From IMG/VR virus record IMGVR_UViG_3300029784_000281: 64,000 bases of DNA; one strand, written 5' to 3'. The notes beneath the pieces are model-generated. The model worked only from the letters and a program-made list of their open reading frames with translations. It made no database searches and was not told the origin of the DNA. This document shows, one piece after another, positions 10,233 through 20,061 of the stretch; position 1 is the first letter of the stretch, and every line of letters starts with the position of its first letter. Position numbers and translations under genes: made by a program. This stretch comes from a virus.

Positions 10233-11243
10233 TTATTTTTCAAAAAAATCCGATTGGTTAATTTTTTTTGTTCTCATATTTCCATTAGACACTTTATGAA
10301 GAGTAACTTCATAGTATGGAATAGAAATTCCATTTTCGGTTCTCTCTGAAAACATGTTAAAATAGTCCTTATAGTTGGCTTGTGAAGAGTAATACACATT
10401 TGATTGAAACATTCCTAACTTCATCCCATCAAATAATAAGTTAGGATTCCACTCATTACCATAAACACATTTCATCTCATAAATACCTTCTGGAATATTT
10501 TTTATATCATAAGATGTATGCTTGTTGATATATACATTCCTGATAATCTTTTTACTAGTTATATTTTTTAATATAACAATAGCATCCTGATCACTTCCAT
10601 TCTTTACTGTTATATAGTTCTCTTGGCTATCATCATACAAATTAAGTCCAAAGTATTCAGTAAAAGGGGAATCTCCATTCATAAGATGATTATTCTTGTA
10701 CAGATCCGAATATAAATCACTATTGATATTATTAGAATCTTTGTGTATGTTTGACTTTGTAGTATCAACCGTTAAAGTCTCATTGTTGGGATTATTTGTA
10801 TGGTAAATTATACAAGCGGTTATAAATGATAAGCATATAAATACCTGTAAAATTCTTTTGCTCTTCTTATTTAACTTAGTATTGTATTTTTTCCTTTCTC
10901 TTCCACGTTTATTATCTTGCTTGTTTAATGATTCCTGTTCTTTAATATCAACTTTATTTGATCCTTTTGAGTTTATTGAATTAAATACATTTTGTCTATA
11001 GGAATTTAAGTCATTATCATATTTTGATCTTCGTTCTGGGTCAGATAATACTTCATATGCCTTTTGTATTTTTATAAATATATCATGTGCATTGTCGCTT
11101 TTGTTTTTATCAGGATGATATAATAATGCCTTTTGCCTGTATGCTTTTTGTATTTCTTCAAAAGTAGCACATTCAGTAATTCCAAGAATAGTATAGTATG
11201 TATTTATAGACATGTTTTGTGTTTTTTTTGCAAAATTACCCAA
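10233..11243 (-). CDS. J-domain (DnaJ-like) protein with a central transmembrane helix
   Basis: N-terminal YYTILGI...EIQKAYRQKALLYHPDKN...IQKAYEVLSDPERRSKYD is a canonical J domain with an HPD motif. A hydrophobic ILQVFICLSFITACIIY segment follows. Confidence 0.75.
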   Translation of the reverse strand: MGNFAKKTQNMSINTYYTILGITECATFEEIQKAYRQKALLYHPDKNKSDNAHDIFIKIQKAYEVLSDPERRSKYDNDLNSYRQNVFNSINSKGSNKVDIKEQESLNKQDNKRGRERKKYNTKLNKKSKRILQVFICLSFITACIIYHTNNPNNETLTVDTTKSNIHKDSNNINSDLYSDLYKNNHLMNGDSPFTEYFGLNLYDDSQENYITVKNGSDQDAIVILKNITSKKIIRNVYINKHTSYDIKNIPEGIYEMKCVYGNEWNPNLLFDGMKLGMFQSNVYYSSQANYKDYFNMFSERTENGISIPYYEVTLHKVSNGNMRTKKINQSDFFEK

Positions 11244-11375
11244 TCTTCACATCCGTTATCCCGCAGGAGGCATGTTTTACGGCATGTCCGTGAATTTTCC
11301 AGTAGTACTTACCCTTCCAACGAAGTATATCTTCTATGCGGCTTGCTGTATATATTAGATGACAAAGTAGTATTG

Positions 11376-11657
11376 TTATTCCACTTTAATCTTTAACGGA
11401 TATCCGCAGTTAGGGCATTTATATCCACCATCGGTCTCTTTTTGTACTTCGGAAGGGGAGGCGAAAAGTTGCCACATGGGAACTTCTAGTGCGGAGGCTA
11501 TCTTTTCGAGGGTCTCTTGAGAAGGATTGCCTGCTAAAGTTTTGACAATAGAACTTCGTGATACATTTAGCTTATCTGCAAGTTCAATTTGAGTAATACT
11601 CTTTTCTTTAAGTATATCTTTTATTCTATTCATACTATTATATTTAAATTTATGCAA
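11376..11657 (-). CDS. XRE-family HTH transcriptional regulator with a C-terminal CxxC zinc ribbon (repressor-like)
   Basis: SITQIELADKLNVSRSSIVKTLAG is an HTH_3-like helix-turn-helix. C-terminal CPNCGYPL. The real start may be the internal Met of MNRIKDIL. Confidence 0.7.
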   Translation of the reverse strand: MHKFKYNSMNRIKDILKEKSITQIELADKLNVSRSSIVKTLAGNPSQETLEKIASALEVPMWQLFASPSEVQKETDGGYKCPNCGYPLKIKVE

Positions 11658-12117
11658 AGATAGAACATATATGCGGTAGTGTACAATTATAACTGTACTA
11701 ATTTAAGTTAAAGGAATAATTATATATACTCTTTTACTTGAAAATGTGCAGCTATGATTGTACATTTGCGGTAGATCAGTCAAAGTAAATCCCCGAAAGC
11801 GGAAGTGACTGAGCCGCTAACGGGGACATTGTACAAATATAAACGTGTTCAAACGTTATGGAAAATTTGAATACTAAATAAATTAATAATAAAAAATATG
11901 ATTTTGGATTTGCATATGTTGGAAATAGTTAGCACCTTTGTAGTGCTACAACTTACTATTAATAATAGCCAGTGGGATTTTTTATACCCATAAGGGAGCT
12001 TGTATAAAAATATATAAGCAGGCAATATCCGTGTATCATCGCCCAATGGCAATGGTAGGTTGTAGCAGACTTGGATATTTGCCTGCTTTTTCATTTAATA
12101 TCAAATAATTTCATTTC
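11658..12117. promoter_or_regulatory. divergent intergenic control region between the HTH regulator and the antirepressor. It holds repeated TGTACA palindromic cores and a GC-rich hairpin.
   Basis: Three copies of TTGTACA (gtgtacaatt, ttgtacattt, ttgtacaaat) and two copies of gcggtag. Hairpin ccccgaaagcgg...ccgctaacgggg. 460 bp non-coding between divergent genes. Confidence 0.4.
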
Positions 12118-12999
12118 ATGCTGCAACCAAATGAAATCTATTTGAACGGGGATAATAGTACCGTAAAAATAGCGTACGCTCACGAAACGAGCGAAGTTCA
12201 AGTATTCAACTCTCCATTGTTTGGGGATATCCGTGTTATAACAGACGAAAATGGGAATCCGCTTTTCTGCGCATCTGATGTATGTAATCAACTCGGCTAC
12301 TCAAATGGAAGAAAAGCGGTACAAGATCATGTCGATATAGAGGATGTAACGAAACGTGACACCCTTACAAAAGGAGGATTGCAATCAATGACTTACGTTA
12401 ATGAAAGCGGCCTTTATGCCTTAATTCTATCAAGCAAAAGACCAGACGCTAAGTCTTATAAAAATTGGGTTACAAAAGATGTTCTACCAACCATTCGCAA
12501 AACAGGAAGTTACCACATTCAACACCAATACCCGGTGCCTCAATCCTACGGGGAGGCCCTGATGTTAGCCGCACAGCAACAGATGCGAATAGAGGAGCAA
12601 CAGAAGAGGCTGGAGCAAAAGAATGAGGAGATAACGGAGTTGAGAGCGGAGAACGTGGAGCTACAACAGCAAAGCGAGTATGCCCGTTTTATCCTCCAGA
12701 GCAAGAAGACCGTTCTTGTCACCCAGATAGCGCAGGATTATGGAATGACAGCCATAAGATTCAACGCCTTGTTGCGTGATCTCCGCATACAGCGAAAGGT
12801 CAATGGGCAATGGATATTGTACGGGGAGTATTTGAATAAGGGCTATGTCCATAGTGCCACTCACAACTACACTCATTCCAACGGCAGCCCGGACGTGAGT
12901 CTTAATACCGAATGGACTCAGAAAGGACGCTTGTTCTTATATGAGGAGCTAAAAAGAAACGGTATTCTTCCATTGATCGAGAGATCAGACAGAAACTAA
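12118..12999 (+). CDS. phage antirepressor with an N-terminal Bro-N domain and a C-terminal KilA-C/ANT domain
   Basis: [32 protein letters not shown]...[10 protein letters not shown] matches the Bro-N pattern. The C-terminal [21 protein letters not shown] region matches KilAC-type antirepressors. Confidence 0.75.
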   Translation: MLQPNEIYLNGDNSTVKIAYAHETSEVQVFNSPLFGDIRVITDENGNPLFCASDVCNQLGYSNGRKAVQDHVDIEDVTKRDTLTKGGLQSMTYVNESGLYALILSSKRPDAKSYKNWVTKDVLPTIRKTGSYHIQHQYPVPQSYGEALMLAAQQQMRIEEQQKRLEQKNEEITELRAENVELQQQSEYARFILQSKKTVLVTQIAQDYGMTAIRFNALLRDLRIQRKVNGQWILYGEYLNKGYVHSATHNYTHSNGSPDVSLNTEWTQKGRLFLYEELKRNGILPLIERSDRN

Positions 13000-13097
13000 T
13001 TGATACACATATATTATTGAGGTACGATATAAAGGCGTACGGCCAAGGCTTTAACCTTTTGTGACTTGAAAATAATTGTGAAATATTAAAAGATTGA

Positions 13098-13289
13098 TTG
13101 AATATGAAAGATATAGATTATTTGTCGAAGAGACAGCTTATTATTATAATGAATAATGTATCCGACCTCATGAAGGAGGTGTCTGATATTCGCAAGCGTC
13201 TATCCACTCTGGAGAAAGGAAACGTTAATAGGCCCAATGATACCGGCAAATGTAATATCGTGGATATGTACACGAGGGAACGCCGTTAA
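13098..13289 (+). CDS. small hypothetical protein (63 aa)
   Basis: Short ORF with protein-like composition downstream of the antirepressor. Weak support. Confidence 0.3.
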   Translation: MNMKDIDYLSKRQLIIIMNNVSDLMKEVSDIRKRLSTLEKGNVNRPNDTGKCNIVDMYTRERR

Positions 13290-13788
13290 AGGTTGACTCT
13301 GGATAATAAGGGTCGGGGGATTACCTTCGGCCCTTATTCATTACCTGCTTGTCTCCTATGGGAGGACGCTATTGATCGTTTTGAGACACCTGAAATAAAA
13401 AACTCCCCAAATCCTCACGGGCAAGGGAGTTTTTATTATTTAACTATAATCTATATGAATGGTTTTCAGACAACCTTAAACGGTCCGATTCTCACGAACT
13501 AGAGCGTTTGTAATATCTAAATCCATATCTAAACAAAGACATACTTAAAGGAGTGTGCCCCCACCCTCCAAAGCTATACCCTTGACATAAATATACCTCT
13601 GGTTCTCACGAAAGAGCGGTATGACTTTGATAAAGTTATTTTATGAATACAACCTAGTGTAATATCTTTAAGTTATGGCTCCGGTCCATCACGGATGAGA
13701 GCCATATGGGGTTATAAATATATAACATACCATATACGCAAAAAAAACGTGGCGCCGTCGCAACTACCAAGACCCGGCGTCCCCACGC

Positions 13789-13886
13789 CAACATAACAGG
13801 TAGTAAGCAACGGCCCACGTCTTATATATAGATTATATATACAAATAACGTGGGCGTATTGTTGCTATCGGCTCCCTGTTATGTTT
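13789..13886. repeat. long imperfect inverted repeat (about 45-bp arms) centred near 13837, inside a 700-bp non-coding region
   Basis: Left arm aacataacaggtagtaagcaacggcccacgtcttatata. Right arm tatatacaaataacgtgggcgtattgttgctatcggctccctgttatgtt is its near reverse complement. The outer 11-mers AACATAACAGG/CCTGTTATGTT are perfect. Confidence 0.6.
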
Positions 13887-14026
13887 ATAAATTTGGGGAA
13901 TTTAGGTCTTTATAGGAGACGATATCTTTAAACGCCACAATGTGTGTCACGTCTTATATTCTATGTCGGTGACAGCGCGAATATACGATTTTTGTTTATT
14001 TAAACGAGAGATTGCTTATTTTTTGT

Positions 14027-14359
14027 TTATGTGGCAGGTGTATTTTCAAGCGTGGAGACCCTTTCCTCTAAGTCTTTCAGCGAGATCCCTAGCGATGAGA
14101 TAGACGATCCCATTTCGACCACGCTTTGGTCTATCCTGTTGATCTCCATAGTAACCCCTTTTTGCCCCATCACCAGATCTTCCGATTCCCCCAGCTCTTG
14201 GGTTATGGATGTTTTCCTCACGTATTCCGTATCTATCTTTGCCAATAGCTGGTCGAGATTGTTTCCTTCCTTGTCATATACGGAGGATGAGGTGGTTACG
14301 TATGATATCTGGTTGCCCCACCTGTCCAGCGGTTTTCGTATTATGATCTTCTTCGCCAT
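14027..14359 (-). CDS. hypothetical protein (110 aa)
   Basis: Charged, protein-like translation. Preferred over the overlapping Ser-rich plus-strand ORF 14031-14402. Confidence 0.4.
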   Translation of the reverse strand: MAKKIIIRKPLDRWGNQISYVTTSSSVYDKEGNNLDQLLAKIDTEYVRKTSITQELGESEDLVMGQKGVTMEINRIDQSVVEMGSSISSLGISLKDLEERVSTLENTPAT

Positions 14360-14653
14360 GCTCGTTACTTTTCCGCTAAAGTATGAATTAAAGCGTAAAT
14401 AACGTGCGGTGTCGTTAACGTCGGGTAAGATTTATCGTTCCCGGTCGTTCCTGTATCCCGATATTTGCCTTGTCCGACAGCGACCGGACATAGGATATTG
14501 AAGTCAAATGCCCTGCATGGTGAGTCGCTGCGCCGTGTGGGGCGACTTTTTTCATGGAGGACGCACGAGGTAATCAAAATAACAAAGTCGTTTTGATCTT
14601 ATGGCTAAAATTGCGGGAGAAAATGATATTAACAATTTAAATATTATAGGATT

Positions 14654-15352
14654 ATGAAGACGAATCAAGAGATGATCCGAATAATTGATAGCTTTTCTGT
14701 AATACAGAGAACGAGTGATGGATATTTTGACGGCAGTGAATTATTGCGTCAATGGAATAGCGTTTCGAATAATCCAAGAAGGCAAATGAGTAAATTCTTG
14801 GAAATGGATACGACTAAAGAATTTATATCAGCGTTATCAAAAGATGAAAGCCAAAGAGCAAATATGCTCATTGCTGAAAACCAGTTGATTATAAGAGTTA
14901 AAGGACGAACTACCAAGAATGGTAAAACTCCCGATAAAGTATGGATGAATCCTATTTTATTCATAAAATTTGCCATGTGGATCAATCCGACGTTTGAGGT
15001 CAAGGTTTTACGTTTTGTCTATGACGAAATGATCCGTTACCGTAATGAGGCTGGCGACGCTTATAAGGATTTGTCTTCTGCTGTCAAGAAAATCGTACCA
15101 AAAGACTTCATGCCAAAAGCCATGTCTAAGATAGCCGAGGCACTTAATTGGATCGTATGGAATAATCACGAGAGGATGCTTCGTAACAAGCACGGTGACG
15201 AAAGCAAGCAACGTGAACTGTGGCAACTGGAGAAGAAGATAGCCGATCTGATAAACGAGGGATTCATTACCTCATACGATCCGCTTATCAACTATCTACG
15301 GAAGCTTTATAATAAAAAGAATAATCCAGCGGTATTTAACCAAGCGGTATAG
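14654..15352 (+). CDS. KilA-N-like DNA-binding domain protein
   Basis: The N-terminal IRIIDSFSVIQRTSDGYFDGSELLRQWN resembles KilA-N/APSES fold proteins common in phages. Good coding appearance. Confidence 0.45.
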   Translation: MKTNQEMIRIIDSFSVIQRTSDGYFDGSELLRQWNSVSNNPRRQMSKFLEMDTTKEFISALSKDESQRANMLIAENQLIIRVKGRTTKNGKTPDKVWMNPILFIKFAMWINPTFEVKVLRFVYDEMIRYRNEAGDAYKDLSSAVKKIVPKDFMPKAMSKIAEALNWIVWNNHERMLRNKHGDESKQRELWQLEKKIADLINEGFITSYDPLINYLRKLYNKKNNPAVFNQAV

Positions 15353-15372
15353 AAGATTTTTAATAGCTAATT

Positions 15373-15723
15373 ATGATATATAATATATTCAAGCAAATCC
15401 GTATATGGTTCGTCCTCTTGAGGGCGGACATCCAACTCCGATACGCCATAAAGGAGGCCAAGGAGAAGTACTCGAGGCGTAACGTGCGCTATTACGTGAT
15501 CCCTAATTACGATCATAGGTTGATAACTTGCAACCGATCGGAGGTACGTAAATACAGGACGGACGGTTACTTCGCCCATTCTGTACGGATCGACGATTTC
15601 AACCGGGAATGTTTTTATTATACGCCATACGCCAACGGTAAAAATCCCATATCGGCCAAGGAGAGGGCGTTAAAGAGGAGGTCATGGTTGAATTACGTGT
15701 TACAGGCGAAAGGTCTTATATGA
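15373..15723 (+). CDS. hypothetical protein (116 aa)
   Basis: ORF immediately downstream of the KilA-N-like gene on the same strand. Confidence 0.4.
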   Translation: MIYNIFKQIRIWFVLLRADIQLRYAIKEAKEKYSRRNVRYYVIPNYDHRLITCNRSEVRKYRTDGYFAHSVRIDDFNRECFYYTPYANGKNPISAKERALKRRSWLNYVLQAKGLI

Positions 15724-15734
15724 TTAAGTAAAAT

Positions 15735-15775
15735 AGAAAGGGGGTGACATTTATTTGCCAACCCCTTTCTTGTAT
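15735..15775 (-). terminator. intrinsic terminator closing the leftward terminase-portal operon
   Basis: On the minus strand: AAAGGGGTTGGCAAATAAATGTCACCCCCTTT hairpin followed by CTATTTTAC. Confidence 0.5.
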
Positions 15776-15781
15776 CAGGCT

Positions 15782-15958
15782 TACTCGGAAGCTATGATAC
15801 CCGCGGCTCTCAAGGTCGCTAGGATGCTGTTAACCTTGTTTACCACGTCCGTTAAGGCGGCGGAACTTTCCAGATTATCGATCTTGGGCTGCATGCCGTT
15901 CTTGAATAAATCCTTGAAGATTTCCAGCTCGCTTCTAACCTTGCTTACTTTTGACATT
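15782..15958 (-). CDS. small protein (58 aa, MSKVSKVRSELEIFKDLF...) downstream of the portal gene. It is not in the supplied ORF track.
   Basis: Strong Shine-Dalgarno AAAGGAGGT 7 nt upstream of the ATG on the minus strand. It sits between the portal stop and the terminator and is preferred over the plus-strand ORF 15755-15976. Confidence 0.4.
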
Positions 15959-15985
15959 TTAACCTCCTTTTTTTAATGTTGGTAT

Positions 15986-17920
15986 TTATAATTGTTGATT
16001 GATAGCGTCGATGCCTTGGCCGGCTATCATTTGTTGTTGCTGAGCGGCTAATTGTTCCTTCTGCGACTGGATCAATTGCAATAACTGATCGGCGAACGGG
16101 AAATTTCCCACCTCGAGCATTTGCTCGATAGATATCTGCTTGGCGTTCAGCAACTGCAATAGCAACTCGTTGGATAACGCCCTGTATACCGGAGTGTCGT
16201 AGTTCTCTGATATGGATATGTCGAATTCCACGCCTCCCATGGTCTCCGGGTCCCATTGGACATAGCCGTTCCTTCCAACGATCCTTATTATTTTTTTATC
16301 GTCGTAGAATTGCTGGATGTTCTTGCACTTCTTGTACATGCCCGATATGATGAAGCTGGCGAACGATTCCAGCAAGTCCACGATGCTGTTGCTGGCGTTG
16401 GACGCTTGTTGCTGGTATAAGGCTCCGCTTGTCCCGCTCGTGGGCTGTTTCCCCTGCATGGCCCCTTGTACCCCGGATACGTCCTCCATCATGGACATCT
16501 GTAATTTTATCATGTCTCCCAACCCTGCCGGCACGCTCCGGTTCATCATCTGCTGGGGGACCTGTGCCCCCGATTTGAGTTTCAGCTTGATCACGCCGTT
16601 GAACTTCGTCCACTCGTCCGCTATATCCTCTATGCTCATGTCATCGGGAACGGAGGCCTCGTCTACCACCAGCACTCCCTTGGCGCTCGCTTTCGTCACG
16701 AAATCGTTCAGGATGATATAATGGTTGATATACCTTTGCTGGTCGATGATGTCGCTGACGAACGAGTGTATCTCCCCGTCAACGAAAGGATATGCCTTCA
16801 TCGTGTAAGGGTGGCTCCCGTGGCTATAAGGGCTTTCTCCCTCGTCAAGTATATCCCCGAACGGTGAAAGATAACGGTAGTACCAGTAGCTTTGTATCAT
16901 GTACTCGTACTCTATGAGCGGGACCTCGCTCTCTGGCATGTATAGCGTGGGTTGTCCCAGCTCGTCCAGCACGTAATTCCCCAGCTCGTCCTTGATCCTG
17001 TTATCCTCCAGCCGGCCCTCGTTCTCAGCGTCTATGTTCCCCTTGTTCGAGTAACTGTCCACGTAAGCGTCGCCCTTCAGCCAGTCGTGGCACCAGAACG
17101 CCTTTCTTCTCTCGAGCGTCCATAGTTCTATCACACGGCATAAGCGGGGGTCTTGCGGGGCCATAAACCCGTTAAGGTCATAATTGTTGCCCTTGAACGT
17201 GTCGTTGAACTTGGCGATATAGTCCTTGTCACGGGCGTTCTTGTATATATCTTGCAGCCTTTCATAATCCCTGTCATCCTTGGCGAATACGCTGGCGAGT
17301 TGCCCGAAGGTCACGTCATGGATCTCTCCGATCATCTCGATGTCGGTATGTCTGGGATCGTTCATGGGGCCGTCCACGAAGAACAGGTTCGGGTTGACGT
17401 TGTCAGTCCAGCATTCCCTTCGGTTTTCCCTTTGGGCGTAGGTCTCTTTCTGTATGGATAGGCCGCTTATGAGGAACTCCTCGAACATCCTTGCGTTCAG
17501 CTCCTTGATGTCGTTGATCTTGTTGTTGTACTCGAGCATGGTGCTCATGGTCTCTCCCAGCGTTTGCTCGTCACGATCCCTCGCCACGCACACGGGTGTC
17601 TTGTTCTGGTTCCGATAAACGCCGATGACGGTCCTAGCCAATCTTCGGATAAGGTTGTTGGTCATGGGGATATTCCCCTGCATCCTTATATATTCCTCCT
17701 CCGGGATCATCCGGCCACAATACTCGATCAGGTCCCCCCATTGGTCGCCGTACATATATCTCTTGTTCCTGTCCCTCTCTTTCCTGAACTTGTCGAGCTT
17801 GTCCCATGCCCTAGCGCATTGGTATACCAATGGCATGTTCCGCCCGTCCGTCATGTTTCGTCTCTCGTATTTGACGGTGTCTATAGGTGATATCCTCGAT
17901 TTAGGGATCAATCTAGTCAT
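15986..17920 (-). CDS. portal protein (candidate)
   Basis: 644-aa protein encoded immediately downstream of the large terminase on the same strand, with the acidic, Gln-rich C-terminus typical of portals. The call rests on position and size only. Confidence 0.55.
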   Translation of the reverse strand: MTRLIPKSRISPIDTVKYERRNMTDGRNMPLVYQCARAWDKLDKFRKERDRNKRYMYGDQWGDLIEYCGRMIPEEEYIRMQGNIPMTNNLIRRLARTVIGVYRNQNKTPVCVARDRDEQTLGETMSTMLEYNNKINDIKELNARMFEEFLISGLSIQKETYAQRENRRECWTDNVNPNLFFVDGPMNDPRHTDIEMIGEIHDVTFGQLASVFAKDDRDYERLQDIYKNARDKDYIAKFNDTFKGNNYDLNGFMAPQDPRLCRVIELWTLERRKAFWCHDWLKGDAYVDSYSNKGNIDAENEGRLEDNRIKDELGNYVLDELGQPTLYMPESEVPLIEYEYMIQSYWYYRYLSPFGDILDEGESPYSHGSHPYTMKAYPFVDGEIHSFVSDIIDQQRYINHYIILNDFVTKASAKGVLVVDEASVPDDMSIEDIADEWTKFNGVIKLKLKSGAQVPQQMMNRSVPAGLGDMIKLQMSMMEDVSGVQGAMQGKQPTSGTSGALYQQQASNASNSIVDLLESFASFIISGMYKKCKNIQQFYDDKKIIRIVGRNGYVQWDPETMGGVEFDISISENYDTPVYRALSNELLLQLLNAKQISIEQMLEVGNFPFADQLLQLIQSQKEQLAAQQQQMIAGQGIDAINQQL

Positions 17921-17985
17921 GGATTCTTTTTTCTGACGAATATGGGGACTTGGCGTTCAATCGTAACGATAAAACTTGTCGGTTG

Positions 17986-20061
17986 TCATATGGTAGCCTC
18001 GCTGATAGGACCATGGGGCCTTACGCCGGGGGACTTATCCTTGGGGATGGACGGCAGATCCATGTCGCAATAACATATATAAAGTCCTATAGCCCTAGTC
18101 ATGACCTTGTCGTCGTGCTTGCCTTCCACGGCCCCGAACGATCCGTTGGCTTTCTTCTCGTACGTGGACATCTCATCCAGCGTGTCTATATCCCGCTCGA
18201 TATATGACTGTTCTCGGAGGCATGCCACGAGATAGGATATGATCATTGGCTTGGTGTTCCGGTTCGTGTGGAATCCCCATTCCGTCAGTTTTCCGGCCCG
18301 TATCTTGGCCTCGCTCGCCTTACGTGCGTACAGGTTGTCGTAAGCGTCCCCGATCTGGTTGAATATCAACTCGGACTGGTTTCCGTCCGTATCGTTGTCC
18401 TTGGTCTCTATGGTATTGCTCTCTATGACTAACAGGGCGTTCCCGAAAAACTTGGCGATCTGGGCGGATTTCCATGCTAACAGGTCATGGTCTATGTGTC
18501 CGTGCCATTCGGCCACTACCTCCGGCTTCCCGCCAAACATCATCCAATAGCGGTCTATCACCAAGATGTCCGAGAAATCGGATTTCTTTCCACGGCCCCC
18601 TATATCCACGATCACGAGGTAACGATTCTTGACGTTCGCTTGATCGTCTGGCAACGACCATACCTTGAGCGACCCGTTATGATCCTCCTTGAATGACAGC
18701 TCTGTCAAGGCGCTCTTCCCTTTAACGGACTTGCCCGATATTTCCCCGACATACTTGGGGGGCTTGCATCCCTCCTTCAGCTTGTCTATATGATATACGC
18801 TGAATACCATGTTGCCGGAGTTCTTGAACGCCTCCACGTCATCGCTGGGAAACTCCGCCGCCATGTCCGCGTGCTCCATGAAATCCTTCCGCTTGACTAA
18901 ATACCAGTTTATAGCCTCAAAGGAAGCCCCCAGCTTCCATAGTCTCCAGTAATATTTCCCGGGGTCTAGGCATCCATCCGGAGGATTGTCGTTCTCCTTG
19001 TTGTCAAGAAGCCATTTGGCGAATGCCCTCTTGTCCTTCACGGGTAGCTCGTATCTCTCGATCTTGAACCATGGGACGAATACGAACCTCCTGTTGCTTT
19101 TGCCTTTCTTGGCCGTGACACATGACCGGTAGAAGAAATTTCCCATACCGTTAGCGGTGGATTCTATGACCTCCACGGTAAGCGGGGCCAATAGCAAGGA
19201 TGAGGATATGCTCCTTATTATATCTTCCGGGGTTTTCCCGTCCGTGTCATCCCATAATCCCACCTCGGAATAATGTACGCAGCTCATGTCACCGCCCCGT
19301 CCCGAGTTTGGGCTGTTATAGGTGCCTATGGTTATGACCGTGTCCCTTGCCTTCTCCACGTTGCTCCCTTTCCCATACGTTATGATACTGTCCAATTGCG
19401 ATCCCTCGTAAGGCGTGAATCCCAGCGTGACGTTATCCGGCAGGTCCAATAGCCATGTGGGGTATTTCTCCAGCATCTTGCTATACATGGCCTTGATTTT
19501 CCTTGACGTGGATGCGTCTTGCGCTACGATGGTGGAGTACCACGCCTCTTTATGGCATAGTTGTATCCACGCTATATATAGCTGTACCAACGTGGAACCT
19601 CCCCATTGCCGGGCCTTTAGCAGGATGATCCTTATGGGTAGTCCCGCCAATCTCATATTCTCCATCACGGATAGCAGCAGGCGTTGTGGATAGTTGAGCT
19701 TGAAATGGATGTTCTTGCCTCCCTCCTTGTTCTTTATCTCGCAGAAAGAGTAAGCCCAGAAAGGGAAGTCATGCTTGTTCCTTACTTTTATGAACTGTCG
19801 TACGACCTTCTCATGAAGTTCCTCGTCATACCTCTTGAAGGTGACCTTGCAAAAGGCCCTTATGGATTTATACCTTATTATTCTTTTAACTAGCTTGTTT
19901 GATAGCATGCTGACTGGCAGGAGCATCTTGTATGGGTACATGTCGGATATCTCGACCATCTCTCTTGTCCCGGGCGAGTTCTCTCCCTTGATAGGGTCGA
20001 AATGGGCGTGCATCTCGTCGTTCCTCCTGTTATTCTCCTCTACTAACCAATCTATAGTCAT
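17986..20061 (-). CDS. terL: terminase large subunit
   Basis: The Walker A-like LKARQWGGSTL matches the terminase ATPase motif. 691 aa, adjacent to the portal candidate. Confidence 0.75.
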   Translation of the reverse strand: MTIDWLVEENNRRNDEMHAHFDPIKGENSPGTREMVEISDMYPYKMLLPVSMLSNKLVKRIIRYKSIRAFCKVTFKRYDEELHEKVVRQFIKVRNKHDFPFWAYSFCEIKNKEGGKNIHFKLNYPQRLLLSVMENMRLAGLPIRIILLKARQWGGSTLVQLYIAWIQLCHKEAWYSTIVAQDASTSRKIKAMYSKMLEKYPTWLLDLPDNVTLGFTPYEGSQLDSIITYGKGSNVEKARDTVITIGTYNSPNSGRGGDMSCVHYSEVGLWDDTDGKTPEDIIRSISSSLLLAPLTVEVIESTANGMGNFFYRSCVTAKKGKSNRRFVFVPWFKIERYELPVKDKRAFAKWLLDNKENDNPPDGCLDPGKYYWRLWKLGASFEAINWYLVKRKDFMEHADMAAEFPSDDVEAFKNSGNMVFSVYHIDKLKEGCKPPKYVGEISGKSVKGKSALTELSFKEDHNGSLKVWSLPDDQANVKNRYLVIVDIGGRGKKSDFSDILVIDRYWMMFGGKPEVVAEWHGHIDHDLLAWKSAQIAKFFGNALLVIESNTIETKDNDTDGNQSELIFNQIGDAYDNLYARKASEAKIRAGKLTEWGFHTNRNTKPMIISYLVACLREQSYIERDIDTLDEMSTYEKKANGSFGAVEGKHDDKVMTRAIGLYICYCDMDLPSIPKDKSPGVRPHGPISEATI

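Noticed and set aside
13293-13502. 69-aa plus-strand ORF in the 13.3-14.0 kb region
   Set aside because: It spans a terminator-like hairpin and the direct repeats. The region looks regulatory and non-coding.
14031-14402. Plus-strand 123-aa ORF overlapping 14027-14359 on the minus strand
   Set aside because: Ser-rich, hydrophobic, non-protein-like translation. The minus-strand frame gives a charged, plausible protein.
15755-15976. Plus-strand 73-aa ORF after the portal gene
   Set aside because: The opposite strand has a 58-aa ORF with a canonical AAAGGAGGT ribosome-binding site and a downstream terminator. The plus ORF has no start context.
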